64,000 nt of DNA from Patescibacteria group bacterium (GCA_041661505.1 JBAZUF010000001.1:47144-111143), one strand, 5' to 3'. Numbered from the stretch's first letter, positions 1 to 10,298 are shown. Notes: a model not told the origin generated them from the sequence alone. Made by a program: numbers and translations.

Positions 1-1
1 T

Positions 2-1234
2 AAAAAAAATTGCGAACTCCGGAATATCAGATGCGATATCAATGAACTCCTTTTTTTGGATGAAAAAAGACGCAAGCTCCTTAAGCAGTCCGAGGATTTA
101 AGCGCGGAAAAAAATAAGCTGAATGAACTAATCCAAAAAGCGTCAAAAGAGGAAAAGAAAAAACTTATAGAAAAAGGGAAAGAAGTGAAAGAAGAGCTGG
201 AAAAAAATAAGCCGGAACTGGAGTCGGCTGAAGAAGAGTACCGGAGTTTACTTTTACAGGTTCCGAACATGACTCATCCAGCTTCGCCAACCGGCAAGGA
301 TGATAATGAAAACAAAGAAATCGAAAGATACGGCGAACCGCCTAAATTCGATTTTGAACCCAAGGGCCACGAAGAGCTGATGACCGCGCTGGATTTATTG
401 GATTTTGAGCGCGGCGCCAAAGTAACCGGCTCTAAATTTTACTTTTTGAAAAACGAAGCCGTGCTTTTAGAATTGGCTCTAACCCAATTTGCTTTTGAAA
501 AACTGATCGCCAAAGGCTTTACGCCTTTTGCCACGCCTGATTTAGCAAAAGACAAAGTGCTTTTAGGCATCGGCTATAACCCGCGCGGCGCCGAAACCCA
601 GATTTATTCGGTTGAAAATACCGATTTAAACCTCGTCGGTACAGCGGAAATCACCATGGGCGGGTACCACATGGACGAAGTTATTCATGAAGACAAACTG
701 CCTCTAAAATACGCCGCGCTTTCCCATTGCTACCGCACCGAAGCCGGCTCTTACGGCCGCCATAGTTCCGGACTTTACCGCGTGCACCAATTTACGAAAA
801 TTGAAATGTTCGCTTACACCGCCCCGGAAGACTCGGAAAGAATGCACACTGAATTAAAAGACATTGAAGTGGAAATTTTTAAGGACTTGGGCGTGCCTTT
901 CCGGGTGGTGGATATTTGTACCGGCGACTTAGGCGGTCCGGCTTACCGGAAATACGACCTTGAAGCCTGGATGACTTCCCGGGACGACTGGGGGGAAATC
1001 ACGTCCACCTCCGACACTACTACTTACCAGGCCCGGCGCTTAAACGTAAAAGTTGAACGCAAAGACGGGACTAAAGAGTTTTTACACATGCTAAACGGAA
1101 CAGCCATCGCGATTTCCCGGGGATTGATTGCCATAATCGAAAATTATCAAAATGCCGACGGCTCGATCGTCATTCCCGAAGTGCTTCGGAAATATTTTCC
1201 CAAAGGCCAGACAAAAATCGTTAAAAAAACATAA
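2..1234 (+). CDS. serS: Seryl-tRNA synthetase (5' truncated by window edge)
   Basis: N-terminal coiled coil; class II motifs GTAEI, CYRTEAGSYG, RVHQFTKIEMF, YRKYDLEAW, LNGTAIA; frame is open back to position 2. Confidence 0.97.
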   Translation, partial: KKNCELRNIRCDINELLFLDEKRRKLLKQSEDLSAEKNKLNELIQKASKEEKKKLIEKGKEVKEELEKNKPELESAEEEYRSLLLQVPNMTHPASPTGKDDNENKEIERYGEPPKFDFEPKGHEELMTALDLLDFERGAKVTGSKFYFLKNEAVLLELALTQFAFEKLIAKGFTPFATPDLAKDKVLLGIGYNPRGAETQIYSVENTDLNLVGTAEITMGGYHMDEVIHEDKLPLKYAALSHCYRTEAGSYGRHSSGLYRVHQFTKIEMFAYTAPEDSERMHTELKDIEVEIFKDLGVPFRVVDICTGDLGGPAYRKYDLEAWMTSRDDWGEITSTSDTTTYQARRLNVKVERKDGTKEFLHMLNGTAIAISRGLIAIIENYQNADGSIVIPEVLRKYFPKGQTKIVKKT

Positions 1235-1285
1235 CAATCTTAATTCTTTACCGGCTTTCGCTGATAAAATTTTTGTTTTACTCTT

Positions 1286-1501
1286 ATGCCTATTAAAATT
1301 GATTATTCGAAATGCTGCTGGAAAGATGGCAAATGCACTTCGAGCTGTTCCTGCGGCGGCGGCGCTTGCGCGGGATGCGTTGAAGTTTGCCCCGTTAACG
1401 CGGTTAAACGCGAGGATGTCGTAAAAATTGACGCGGCAATTTGTATTAACTGCGGCGCTTGCGTCGCTTCGTGCAAACACGAAGCTTTGTCCATGGAATA
1501 A
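1286..1501 (+). CDS. Small 4Fe-4S dicluster ferredoxin with extra cysteines
   Basis: CAGCVEVCP and CINCGACVASC motifs plus CCWKDGKC..CSC segment. Confidence 0.85.
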   Translation: MPIKIDYSKCCWKDGKCTSSCSCGGGACAGCVEVCPVNAVKREDVVKIDAAICINCGACVASCKHEALSME

Positions 1502-1507
1502 ATCTTT

Positions 1508-2638
1508 ATGAAGCGAATATTGTTTTCAGGCGGCGGTACAGCGGGCTCGGTAAGTCCGCTTTTGGCTATTGTAGATGAAATTAAATCCCGGTCAGCGGAT
1601 ATCGTGCATCAGCCTGCTGGCCAGCCGGTTAATGATTTCGAATTTTTATGGATCGGCACGAGGCAGGGGATTGAAAGGGGTATGGTGGAAAAAGAAGGTA
1701 TTGCGTTCAAGTCCATTTTTTCCGGGAAACTGCGCCGATATTTTAGCTGGAAAAATTTTACGGACATTGCATTGCTTAAGCTCGGTTTTTGGCAATCTTT
1801 TTTTATTATGCTTAAATGGCGGCCGGATTTAGTAATTTCCGCCGGCGGATTTGTTAGCGTTCCGGTTGTTTGGGCCGCCTGGCTTTTGCGCGTCCCGTGC
1901 CTTATCCATCAGCAGGACGTCCGCCCCGGACTGGCAAATAAACTAATGGCGCCTTTTGCCAAAGTTATTACCGTAACTTTTGAAAAATCATTGGAAGATT
2001 ACGGAAAAAAAGCTGTCTGGACCGGCAATCCGGTTAGAAAACGGATGACCGCATTGCCTGATGCTCATTTCTTCCAGCTAAAGACAGGTCTGCCAACCCT
2101 CTTAATCGTCGGCGGCGGAACCGGCGCCATGTTTATAAACAGATTAGTCGCTGATTGCATCCATGACTTATTAAAATTAAGCCAGGTGATTCATGTTACC
2201 GGAAAAAATAAATCCGCACACAGTGCGGCGCCGAACGACGCGGCATCACGGCCGCAGCAACTCATTGAAAACTACCATTCTTTCGAATTTTTAAACGTTG
2301 ACCAGTTTTCCGAAGCTATGCAAAAAGCCGACCTGGTCGTTACCCGCGCCGGACTCGCTACCTTAAGCGAGCTTAGTTTTTTAGGGAAACCCATTATTAT
2401 TATTCCTATCCCTGGTTCGCACCAGGAAGAAAACGCGCGTATTTTCGCCGGACATGGCGCCGCCGTAGCATTAGCACAAAAAAACTTAACCGCTGAAAAA
2501 TTTATTAAGCAAATTAAAAATATCCTATCTGACCCATCAAAAATGTTTCATCTAAAAAATAATATTTCGCAGATTATCAGGTCGCATGCAAACAAAATGG
2601 TGGCGAAAATTATTGATGAAATATTAGTAAATAACTAG
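1508..2638 (+). CDS. murG: UDP-GlcNAc:lipid I GlcNAc transferase MurG
   Basis: SGGGTAGS, SGKLRRYF, GGFVSVP, HQQD..PGLAN, TGNPVR, HQEENA motifs. Confidence 0.95.
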   Translation: MKRILFSGGGTAGSVSPLLAIVDEIKSRSADIVHQPAGQPVNDFEFLWIGTRQGIERGMVEKEGIAFKSIFSGKLRRYFSWKNFTDIALLKLGFWQSFFIMLKWRPDLVISAGGFVSVPVVWAAWLLRVPCLIHQQDVRPGLANKLMAPFAKVITVTFEKSLEDYGKKAVWTGNPVRKRMTALPDAHFFQLKTGLPTLLIVGGGTGAMFINRLVADCIHDLLKLSQVIHVTGKNKSAHSAAPNDAASRPQQLIENYHSFEFLNVDQFSEAMQKADLVVTRAGLATLSELSFLGKPIIIIPIPGSHQEENARIFAGHGAAVALAQKNLTAEKFIKQIKNILSDPSKMFHLKNNISQIIRSHANKMVAKIIDEILVNN

Positions 2639-2641
2639 TTT

Positions 2642-3115
2642 ATGCTAGACAACGACCAGAAAAAAATCATTAGCGATAAGTTGCCTTATGTTATTTACAC
2701 AACTTTATCAATTTATTTTAATTACGCGATTGTTAATGGGAAATCAGTAAAGCTACCTATTATTCTTTTGTCAGCATGCGCAATATATTGGTTAATGACA
2801 AACATTATTTTATACTTTAAGGATAACGTAAAAGCAATAATGAACAACCTATCAGAATCAATATCTGATATTATATTAAGTACAAGCATTTTGACTAAAA
2901 AAAATTCACGATTTATTTTTTTACTGCTTTTAACTCTTGTTATTTTTGATTTTTTTCTTTTTCCTTTACCCGAATTAAATAAAAATCAACAATTGCCAAG
3001 CGTTCAGCATAATTTTATTTTACTTATTCCAATTGCAATTTTTGCGCTTGGCTTTATTGCTCTGTATATCACTAAAGTGATGTTAATATTTTATTACAGA
3101 AAAAAAAGAAAATAA
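2642..3115 (+). CDS. Hypothetical membrane protein (very AT-rich, about 4 TM segments)
   Basis: 157-aa ORF filling the gap between murG and the amidohydrolase with 2-3 nt spacers; hydrophobic segments. Confidence 0.7.
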   Translation: MLDNDQKKIISDKLPYVIYTTLSIYFNYAIVNGKSVKLPIILLSACAIYWLMTNIILYFKDNVKAIMNNLSESISDIILSTSILTKKNSRFIFLLLLTLVIFDFFLFPLPELNKNQQLPSVQHNFILLIPIAIFALGFIALYITKVMLIFYYRKKRK

Positions 3116-3117
3116 AT

Positions 3118-4440
3118 ATGCTCGCAATCAAAGGAAAATACGTTTTGCCGATTAATGAATCAATGGATATTACTGAAGACGGTATTGTTATAGTAGAAGG
3201 CAATAAAATTAAAGCTGTCGGCAAAAGGGAAGAGCTGGAGGCGCAATTAGAGGCTGCACATGATAACCAGCATGAAATCGAAGTAATTGACGCTGGAAAT
3301 AGTATTGTCATGCCCGGACTCATAAACACCCATACGCACGCGGCCATGGCTTATTTTCGCGGGCTGGCTGACGACCTTCCGCTGGACATCTGGCTCGGCG
3401 AGCATATCTGGCCGGCCGAAAATAAGCACTTAAGCCCGGAATTCGTAAAACAGTCCGGCGAATTGGCGATACTCGAAATGATAAAATCCGGCACAACTTT
3501 TTTTAACGACATGTATTTATTCGAAGACGTACTTGGAAAGGCAGCCGAAGAAGCCGGGATTAGGGCTATGATCGGCAGCGTGATTTTTAATTTTCCCTGC
3601 GCCTCGTCAAAATCCCCGGAAGACACGCTTAATCAGGCCTTGGAGCAAATGGAAATGTTCAAAGGCAGTGAACTGATAACCGTCGCCCTTGATCCGCACG
3701 CGATCTACACTTGCGCCGGGAACATCTTAAAGAAAATCAATGAAATTTCCAAAGAAATGAATGCCGCAATCCATATACATTTGTCGGAAACAGAAAAGGA
3801 GGTCGAGGACTCTAAAAAAGAGCACGGGAAAACGCCGGTTGAATATTTAAATGAGCTAGGATTATTATCGCCAAGATTAATAATCGCCCACGCGGTTTGG
3901 CTTTCGGATAACGACCTGGAACTGCTCGCGAGAAATAACGTTAAAGTCGCCCATTGCCCGGTTTCCAATAAAAAGCTCGCTTCCGGCGTCGCGCCAATTT
4001 CTAAGATGCTTAAAAAAGGAATTACCGTTGGTCTGGGAACGGATGGAGCGGCCTCCAATAACACATTAGACATGTTTTCTGATATGCGGATTACCGCGCT
4101 TTTGCATAAAGTCAGTAATATGGATCCGACGGTAATATCTGCCAGGGAAGCGGTAAAAATGGCAACCATCGACGGCGCCCGGGTTTTGGGATTGGATCAA
4201 AAAACCGGATCCTTAGAACCCGGTAAGCTTGCTGACATTATTACTATCAATTTGGATAAGCCGCACTTACAGCCGATAACCGATCCTTATTCACATCTGG
4301 TTTACTGCGTGAACGGCGCTGACGTTGAAAACGCTATCATCAACGGAAAAATCGTAATGCAGGGCCGGAAAGTAATAACCTTGGATGAAGAGAGAATTAT
4401 TGAAGCCGCCAAAGCTTTCAGCTATTCAGCCGAAAACTAA
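3118..4440 (+). CDS. Amidohydrolase, MTA/SAH deaminase (MtaD)-like
   Basis: PGLINTHTH, HIHLSET, AHAVW, HCPVSN.KLASG, GTDGAASNN motifs. Confidence 0.9.
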   Translation: MLAIKGKYVLPINESMDITEDGIVIVEGNKIKAVGKREELEAQLEAAHDNQHEIEVIDAGNSIVMPGLINTHTHAAMAYFRGLADDLPLDIWLGEHIWPAENKHLSPEFVKQSGELAILEMIKSGTTFFNDMYLFEDVLGKAAEEAGIRAMIGSVIFNFPCASSKSPEDTLNQALEQMEMFKGSELITVALDPHAIYTCAGNILKKINEISKEMNAAIHIHLSETEKEVEDSKKEHGKTPVEYLNELGLLSPRLIIAHAVWLSDNDLELLARNNVKVAHCPVSNKKLASGVAPISKMLKKGITVGLGTDGAASNNTLDMFSDMRITALLHKVSNMDPTVISAREAVKMATIDGARVLGLDQKTGSLEPGKLADIITINLDKPHLQPITDPYSHLVYCVNGADVENAIINGKIVMQGRKVITLDEERIIEAAKAFSYSAEN

Positions 4441-4530
4441 TCTTTGATATAATGCAGGTGAATCATCTGCCGCTGGCCGGAAAAACTAATTATTAATTAC
4501 TAACCGCCTTTGACGGCGGACGGAAAAAGT

Positions 4531-5601
4531 ATGGAAAAAATCATTGGTTTAATAAAATCCAGTTTTCCTGATCAGCATTACCTTCTCTTCTTGATCGGCG
4601 TGATGGTTATCGCCGGAGTCTTAAAGGAAAAAAATTATTTATTGGATATTTTCCGGATCATAATCAGCCGGCTGAAAAATAAAAAAATGGTACTGGCTTT
4701 GATATCCCTTATCGGCGGCATACTGCCGATTAGCGGACGGGTAGTCGTATCGGCTGGCCTTCTCTCCACCATCGCCCCAAAAGGAGAAACGGCGCGGGAC
4801 GAAACGGCGCGGCAAAAATACGGCATTATCGATTATCTTTCCACCCACCACTATTATTTATGGTCGCCTTTGGAAAAAACCGTAATTCTTCCTATGGCGG
4901 CGCTGGGATTAAGCTGGGCCGGATTTATGAAATATACTTTGCCGCTTTTGGTAATCAGCCTGGCCTACGTATTATGGTATATATCTTTTAAAATCGAAGA
5001 GGATGAAATAGAGATTGCCGTGAGCCCGGAAAAGGTTAACTGGAAGCGCCTTGTTTACGGCTTTCTCCCTTTTGCCGGCGCCGTCGCTTCGGCTTTTTTC
5101 TTTGAAAGAGGCTCTTCGTTTATTATGCTGGGTGCGGCCGCCTATTACATCTTTTTAAGCCGGACTTCTTTTAAGAAAGCTTTTTCCTATATCAACTGGC
5201 CATTGGTATTGCTCCTCGGCCTAATTATAGTACTGGCTAAATTCACCGGCGGGTACAGTAAAGAAATTGAAGAATTTATTAAAAGTTCAAGCTGGTTAAA
5301 TCTTACAACCGTTACCGGCGTCCTGGCCCTATCGTCTTTTGCTTTTATCGCCAGCTGGTTTATGGGATCTTCGGGAAAATTTGCCGGAATTTTAGCTATC
5401 CTCGTTACAATTTTCGGCCCCCAGTACCTTGTCTGGTTTTTTGTCCTTGAGTTTGCCGGCTACAATTTATCGCCAATGCATAAGTGCGTGCCTATCGGAA
5501 AATCGTATTTCCATACCCCCTTGGCGACTTACATGACCGTGCTCACAACCTGGATGCTTCTTCTTTTAGGTTATGCTTACTTCTATACTTTTGTCCTCTG
5601 A
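4531..5601 (+). CDS. Multi-pass membrane protein, probable transporter (ion-transporter superfamily-like)
   Basis: About 10 hydrophobic segments; GGILP.SG and SP.HKC motifs; ATG at 4531 preferred over the upstream TTG. Confidence 0.7.
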   Translation: MEKIIGLIKSSFPDQHYLLFLIGVMVIAGVLKEKNYLLDIFRIIISRLKNKKMVLALISLIGGILPISGRVVVSAGLLSTIAPKGETARDETARQKYGIIDYLSTHHYYLWSPLEKTVILPMAALGLSWAGFMKYTLPLLVISLAYVLWYISFKIEEDEIEIAVSPEKVNWKRLVYGFLPFAGAVASAFFFERGSSFIMLGAAAYYIFLSRTSFKKAFSYINWPLVLLLGLIIVLAKFTGGYSKEIEEFIKSSSWLNLTTVTGVLALSSFAFIASWFMGSSGKFAGILAILVTIFGPQYLVWFFVLEFAGYNLSPMHKCVPIGKSYFHTPLATYMTVLTTWMLLLLGYAYFYTFVL

Positions 5602-5605
5602 TTAT

Positions 5606-6808
5606 TTATTTTTTAAAAGCGCAGGAGACTAGGGAAAATTCCGGACAGCCGCCGAGGCAGTCATTATTCGTCCGGCAAGACGCGCAAGCCGGGTCGTTTT
5701 GTATTCTAGCTGTAAATCCGTCGCGCCAGGCTTTGGCTTTTTCTCCTTGCCAGGCCTCATGGATTGAAATATTGGAAAAATTCCCCAAGACCCGGCTGGA
5801 AAAACTGCAGGGAACAATATCCAGATTGGCGTTTATAGCCAGGCTGGTTCTCAAGGCGCTGCAACCCTCAATCGCGATCCCTTTGGCCGCCCCCAGGCCT
5901 TGCAGGGCGTTTCCAAGACAGCAGTCGTAGCCGAACCTTGTTGTCCCGCTTGATTGCGAAAGTGCTTCTTTTAAAATTTCCTCCACCTTTAAAAAATCTT
6001 CATTTTTCAAGGGAGCGTCAAAACTTTTCGCCCGGCCAACCGGTTTGTAGGTTAAAAGTACGATCCCGTAAGGCTTAAGGCCAAGGCAAAATTTAATAAT
6101 TTCCGGCAGCTTATAAAGGTTTGTCTGGCTTACGGTAAGCTGGAATACGACTTTAACTTTAGCTTTTTTTAAAAGCCAATAAGTCCGCAAAAACCGGCTA
6201 AAGGAAAAATTGCGCCGCCGGGAAAAATCATCTTCTATCCCTTCCAGGCTCAAGGCCGCGGCCCCGGCGTATTTTGAGATGGCGGCGATATTTAAAATTC
6301 CCGGCGAGAATCCGTTGGCTGCCAGGTTGGGGACAATCCCTTTGGCCCTGGCCGCTTTTAAAATTTTTCTAAAATCCGGATGCAGAGTCGGCTCGCCCCC
6401 GCCTAAGGCAATTTCCAAAACTCCCAATTCCGCGCATTGGCCGAGTATTTTTTCTATGTCTTTAAATGGAAGATGATAGCCGCCCGCCCCGGCATTGGCG
6501 TAGCAGTGAGGGCAATTCAAATTGCATTTAGTCGTAATCTGCAAATCAACCAGCGCGGGAGAGTTAAAAACCGTAAAGGGGTAATCCGGGATTTTCGAAT
6601 CAATACTTTTTTTTAAATATTTATCGCCGGTTTTATATTGGAGTTTTAGAAGCGTTTGGCTTAAGAATTTTTTTTCTTCCGGGCTGACCGGTTTTTTTTC
6701 GAGCCATTTTTCCAGAGCCATTTTTCCCTCGTTATCGATATTTATCTGAATCCCGGCGGAGTTATTAAAAATAACCGCTCCGGATTTCTCATTTCGCATG
6801 ATTAGCAT
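5606..6808 (-). CDS. Radical SAM protein with C-terminal SPASM-like Cys-rich domain
   Basis: CNLNCPHC (CxxxCxxC), GGGEPTLH; C-terminal GCSA..PCSF..CASC..CLGGCP. Confidence 0.92.
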   Translation of the reverse strand: MLIMRNEKSGAVIFNNSAGIQINIDNEGKMALEKWLEKKPVSPEEKKFLSQTLLKLQYKTGDKYLKKSIDSKIPDYPFTVFNSPALVDLQITTKCNLNCPHCYANAGAGGYHLPFKDIEKILGQCAELGVLEIALGGGEPTLHPDFRKILKAARAKGIVPNLAANGFSPGILNIAAISKYAGAAALSLEGIEDDFSRRRNFSFSRFLRTYWLLKKAKVKVVFQLTVSQTNLYKLPEIIKFCLGLKPYGIVLLTYKPVGRAKSFDAPLKNEDFLKVEEILKEALSQSSGTTRFGYDCCLGNALQGLGAAKGIAIEGCSALRTSLAINANLDIVPCSFSSRVLGNFSNISIHEAWQGEKAKAWRDGFTARIQNDPACASCRTNNDCLGGCPEFSLVSCAFKK

Positions 6809-7106
6809 GTTTATTATTTTTATGTTTCCCGGATTTTTTTATTTTAATTTTTTCCCGCCGGTAGGAAATAAGCTCCTTTATAAGAAAAAAAAGGGAAGCA
6901 ACGCCCAAAACCAGGCTCAATGTTAATATTGCCCAATCCGATCCTTTCATTTGCGGCGAGCCCGCTTGCTCCGGCGCCGCGGCCAGAGTGCTTGATGCTT
7001 CGGTGGCGGCGGCCGGAGTGGAAGAGGCAAATAGCCCGCCGGGGAACCACTCGTAGCTTCCGGATGAATTAGTGGTAAAGCCGTTTTTAATCTTCAGTAT
7101 TTTCAC
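6789..7106 (-). CDS. Small membrane-anchored protein with N-terminal GFTTNSS motif; candidate radical SAM substrate
   Basis: MKILKIKNGFTTNSSGS, Ala/Ser/Thr linker, TM helix, Lys-rich tail; overlaps the radical SAM start. Confidence 0.7.
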   Translation of the reverse strand: MKILKIKNGFTTNSSGSYEWFPGGLFASSTPAAATEASSTLAAAPEQAGSPQMKGSDWAILTLSLVLGVASLFFLIKELISYRREKIKIKKSGKHKNNKHANHAK

Positions 7107-7170
7107 AACGCGCCAATATTTAATTAATGTGTTTTTCGTGATAATATAATAATATCATTAAATAGAACTT

Positions 7171-8331
7171 ATGCAAAAAATTTCCCGGAATGTCCTGCTT
7201 TTGGGCCTGGTTAGCCTCTTAACCGACATCGGCTCGGAAATGGTTTATCCGCTTATCCCCGTAATTTTGTCGACCATGGCTTCGGCGCCTTTTGCCCTCG
7301 GCTTGATTGAAGGCGTTGCCGAAAGCACGGCCAGCCTCGCGAAATTTTATTTCGGTTATTTATCCGACAAAATCAAGAAAAGGAAAAGGTTTGCCGTTTT
7401 CGGCTATGGATTGTCTTTAGTCGGGCAGGCCGTCCTTGCCCTGGCCGGCAATTGGCCGCTGGTCCTGGCATCGCGCTTTATCAACCGCTTTGGCAAGGGA
7501 ATAAGGACCGCTCCCCGGGACGCCCTGATAAACGAAAGCGTGCCTAAAGAGAGGCTGGGGGCGGCTTTCGGCCTCCACCGGGCGATGGATACGGCCGGCG
7601 CTCTTATCGGCGTTCTTATCGCCTATTTTCTTATCGCCAAGTTTTCCTTTTCCGCCAGCCGAGCCATATATTTCTCATTAATCCCCTTATTGCTCGGCAT
7701 CGGCGCGCTTTCTTTGGTAAAAGAAAAACCAAAAGAGGAGGACGACAAAAAAATATTGCCCAGGCTGGCAATATCAATTTTTTCTAACCGCTTAAAATTT
7801 TTCTATCTTGTAAGCTTTATTTTCGCCCTGGGAAATTCGTCCAACCTCTTTCTCATCCTCCGTTCCTTAAATCTCGGGTTTAAGCCGGCAAGCGCGATAC
7901 TTCTTTACGGCTTATACAACCTTTTCCATGCCCTGTCCTCATATCCTTCGGGCCGGCTGGCTGACCGGCTGGGTTTCGAACGGGTATTGATGCTGGGCTA
8001 TTTCCTTTATGGGCTGGTTTACCTTTCTTTCTCCTTTGTCGACGGTAAAATTTTCACTATCCTATTATTCGCGGTTTACGGGCTTTACGCCGGTTTGACC
8101 GAAGGAGTGGAAAAAGCTTTTGTCGCCAATGAGGCTGGTCCGGAAAGGAAAGCTACGGCCCAAGGCGTCCACGCGACTATCGTCGGTTCTATGTTGTTTC
8201 CAGCTTCAATTTTGGCCGGCGCGGTCTGGCAATTTTTTGGGTTTACTTTCACCTTCTTATTCAGCGCTTCGCTCGCGTTCCTCTGCGCGATATTAATGAT
8301 CCGTTTAATGAAGATGAAAGCGCGAACTTAA
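7171..8331 (+). CDS. MFS transporter
   Basis: About 12 TM segments; GYLSDKIKKRK and GRLADRLG motif-A copies; RFGKGIRTAPRDALI. Confidence 0.92.
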   Translation: MQKISRNVLLLGLVSLLTDIGSEMVYPLIPVILSTMASAPFALGLIEGVAESTASLAKFYFGYLSDKIKKRKRFAVFGYGLSLVGQAVLALAGNWPLVLASRFINRFGKGIRTAPRDALINESVPKERLGAAFGLHRAMDTAGALIGVLIAYFLIAKFSFSASRAIYFSLIPLLLGIGALSLVKEKPKEEDDKKILPRLAISIFSNRLKFFYLVSFIFALGNSSNLFLILRSLNLGFKPASAILLYGLYNLFHALSSYPSGRLADRLGFERVLMLGYFLYGLVYLSFSFVDGKIFTILLFAVYGLYAGLTEGVEKAFVANEAGPERKATAQGVHATIVGSMLFPASILAGAVWQFFGFTFTFLFSASLAFLCAILMIRLMKMKART

Positions 8332-8352
8332 AGCCCGCTGATAAAAAGGGGA

Positions 8353-8823
8353 TTACTCGGCGGAAAGAGCGCTGGCAAATTTTTTTATTTTATCTCCAAT
8401 ATCTTCCCTGGAAACTTCCAAAGTCTTAAAACTCAAAGTCGCGGCCGGCTTAACGCCGATAATTTCACCCATGCCGGAGAAAGCTTTTTCGTCGCCCGAA
8501 CCGCCCATGGTGCAAAAAAAAGCGGCTTTTTTTATCTGTCCCTTGTTTTTATTAAGGTACGACCGGATCGGGCTGGACATATCCCAGCCCCAAATCGGCG
8601 TGCCGACGATAACTAAATCGTAATCAGCCGGATTTTTCGCGAATTCAACCGGCGGCATGGCCTTTTGCATGGCTTCTTTGCCGGATAATAAATAGCCTAA
8701 AACCCCTTTTCTGTTTTTCGAATCTTTTATTTCATCGGTCTCGCAATTTAATTCTTGCGCTATCCTTTCGGCCGCTTTTTTAGTAATTCCGGTCCGGGAA
8801 TAATAAGCGATTAATGTTTTCAT
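8353..8823 (-). CDS. Flavodoxin-like protein
   Basis: YYSRTGITKKAA phosphate loop, VGTPIWG, FCTMGGSG. Confidence 0.88.
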   Translation of the reverse strand: MKTLIAYYSRTGITKKAAERIAQELNCETDEIKDSKNRKGVLGYLLSGKEAMQKAMPPVEFAKNPADYDLVIVGTPIWGWDMSSPIRSYLNKNKGQIKKAAFFCTMGGSGDEKAFSGMGEIIGVKPAATLSFKTLEVSREDIGDKIKKFASALSAE

Positions 8824-8866
8824 AATTTGTTGAATTAATTTTTAAATTCCTCAAACGCAATTAATC

Positions 8867-9580
8867 TTAATATTTTAACAGCTCTGATATTGTCGCGAAA
8901 ACATATCCTTTTTCTTTTAATCCGCTGATAATTTTCGGGAGGGCCTCTCTATCGGCCGCGCACTCTTTTTCACAAAATGGATGAAGTAAAATTATTGATC
9001 CCGGTTTCGCGTTTAGAAGGGTATTTTTAGTAATGAGTTCCGCGTTGCCGGAATAATTCGTATCCGGTTCAATGTCCCACATAATCGTTTTTATATTGTT
9101 TTCATTAAGATACCGCGGCAAACCCAATAATTTTTTTCCGTTTGGCGGGCGGAAGGTAATTTCACCCTGATAGCCGGAATCGCGGATAAGCTGGTTTGTT
9201 TTTTCTATTTCACTTTTAATGAATGCCTGGGATTTTAAGATCAAGCGCCGGTGCGAATAAGAATGGTTGCCCAGTTCGCTTCCTTGCCGGACAATTTCCT
9301 TGGCCTGATTGGGAAATTTTTCCAAAGATTGCCCAATGGCATAAAAAGTTGCCTGGACATTGTTTTCTCGCAATATTTTCAACACTTCATCCGTATATTC
9401 CGTAGGCGCGTCATCGAATGTTAAGGCCACTACTTTCTTGTCGGTATCTGCATGACTGGCAAGCCTTCCAAAAAACTGAAAAGTTCTTGACTTGCTAAGT
9501 TCAAAGAGACCGTAGGCGGTTATTGCCAGCACGGCCAAGACCAGCGCGCAAATTATATAAATTCTAATATTAATCTTCAT
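8867..9580 (-). CDS. Polysaccharide deacetylase (NodB/CE4) with N-terminal anchor
   Basis: ALTFDD, GNHSYSH, FRPP, IILLH motifs. Confidence 0.92.
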   Translation of the reverse strand: MKINIRIYIICALVLAVLAITAYGLFELSKSRTFQFFGRLASHADTDKKVVALTFDDAPTEYTDEVLKILRENNVQATFYAIGQSLEKFPNQAKEIVRQGSELGNHSYSHRRLILKSQAFIKSEIEKTNQLIRDSGYQGEITFRPPNGKKLLGLPRYLNENNIKTIMWDIEPDTNYSGNAELITKNTLLNAKPGSIILLHPFCEKECAADREALPKIISGLKEKGYVFATISELLKY

Positions 9581-9656
9581 TTATTTGGGCGATTTTGCAG
9601 AATAAACTACAGTTTTCTGTTCATGCTTCGTTTATTAGGCTCCACTCAAACTGCGT

Positions 9657-10298
9657 TTATACTTTTCGCTGATCGTATATCTCCAAAAATTTATCTTTCT
9701 CGTCAGGACTAAGAAAAAATTTCTTTCCATTTTTCAAGGTCATAAGAAGAAAGTCTCCCCGTGCTTTAATATCAACTTTTCTTGCTGAACCGGGATACTT
9801 TGTATACTGAACGGTAAATGGGGAGATACTGTAGCAAATCAACTCACCTTCGCTATAGGCATCTCCGGTTGGGTCTTTTTCTCCTCTGTCGCACTTCTCG
9901 TAAAAATCGATAGCTAAATCTTTTGCCTGATCATTTGATATTTTTTTTACGCTTTCAATTTCTTGGAAAGCAATCTTATCGCTTAGTGTTCCAACTTCGC
10001 AGAGTATGCCTGTTTGATCAATTTCGTAATATTGATTTGACGAAGATGATTTCTTAAAAATAATCAATAAAACAACGCTTGAAAAAAGAAAAAACACCAA
10101 ACCCAATTTTTGTTGGCTAGACAGGAACGGAGTATCGGGAAGTTTATCCACGGTGACATTTCCAACTCCATTCATTATCCCGGAAAGAAACAGCAAGCCA
10201 ATGCACCAAAAAAACAAAAATACTATAATAGTAAACCAGGGACGTGATGAAACATTTTTACAGTAAAATCTATCCATAATGTTATTAATTACATTCAA
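9657..10298 (-). CDS. Hypothetical membrane protein (2 TM segments plus soluble, possibly PH-like domain)
   Basis: 213-aa ORF with two hydrophobic helices followed by a soluble domain. Confidence 0.65.
   Translation of the reverse strand: MNVINNIMDRFYCKNVSSRPWFTIIVFLFFWCIGLLFLSGIMNGVGNVTVDKLPDTPFLSSQQKLGLVFFLFSSVVLLIIFKKSSSSNQYYEIDQTGILCEVGTLSDKIAFQEIESVKKISNDQAKDLAIDFYEKCDRGEKDPTGDAYSEGELICYSISPFTVQYTKYPGSARKVDIKARGDFLLMTLKNGKKFFLSPDEKDKFLEIYDQRKV

Noticed and set aside
2215-2260. In-frame palindromic insertion in murG (AHSAAPNDAASRPQQ), and a similar extra segment in murC
   Set aside because: Pairing is short and imperfect; it cannot be distinguished from an ordinary variable loop without an alignment.
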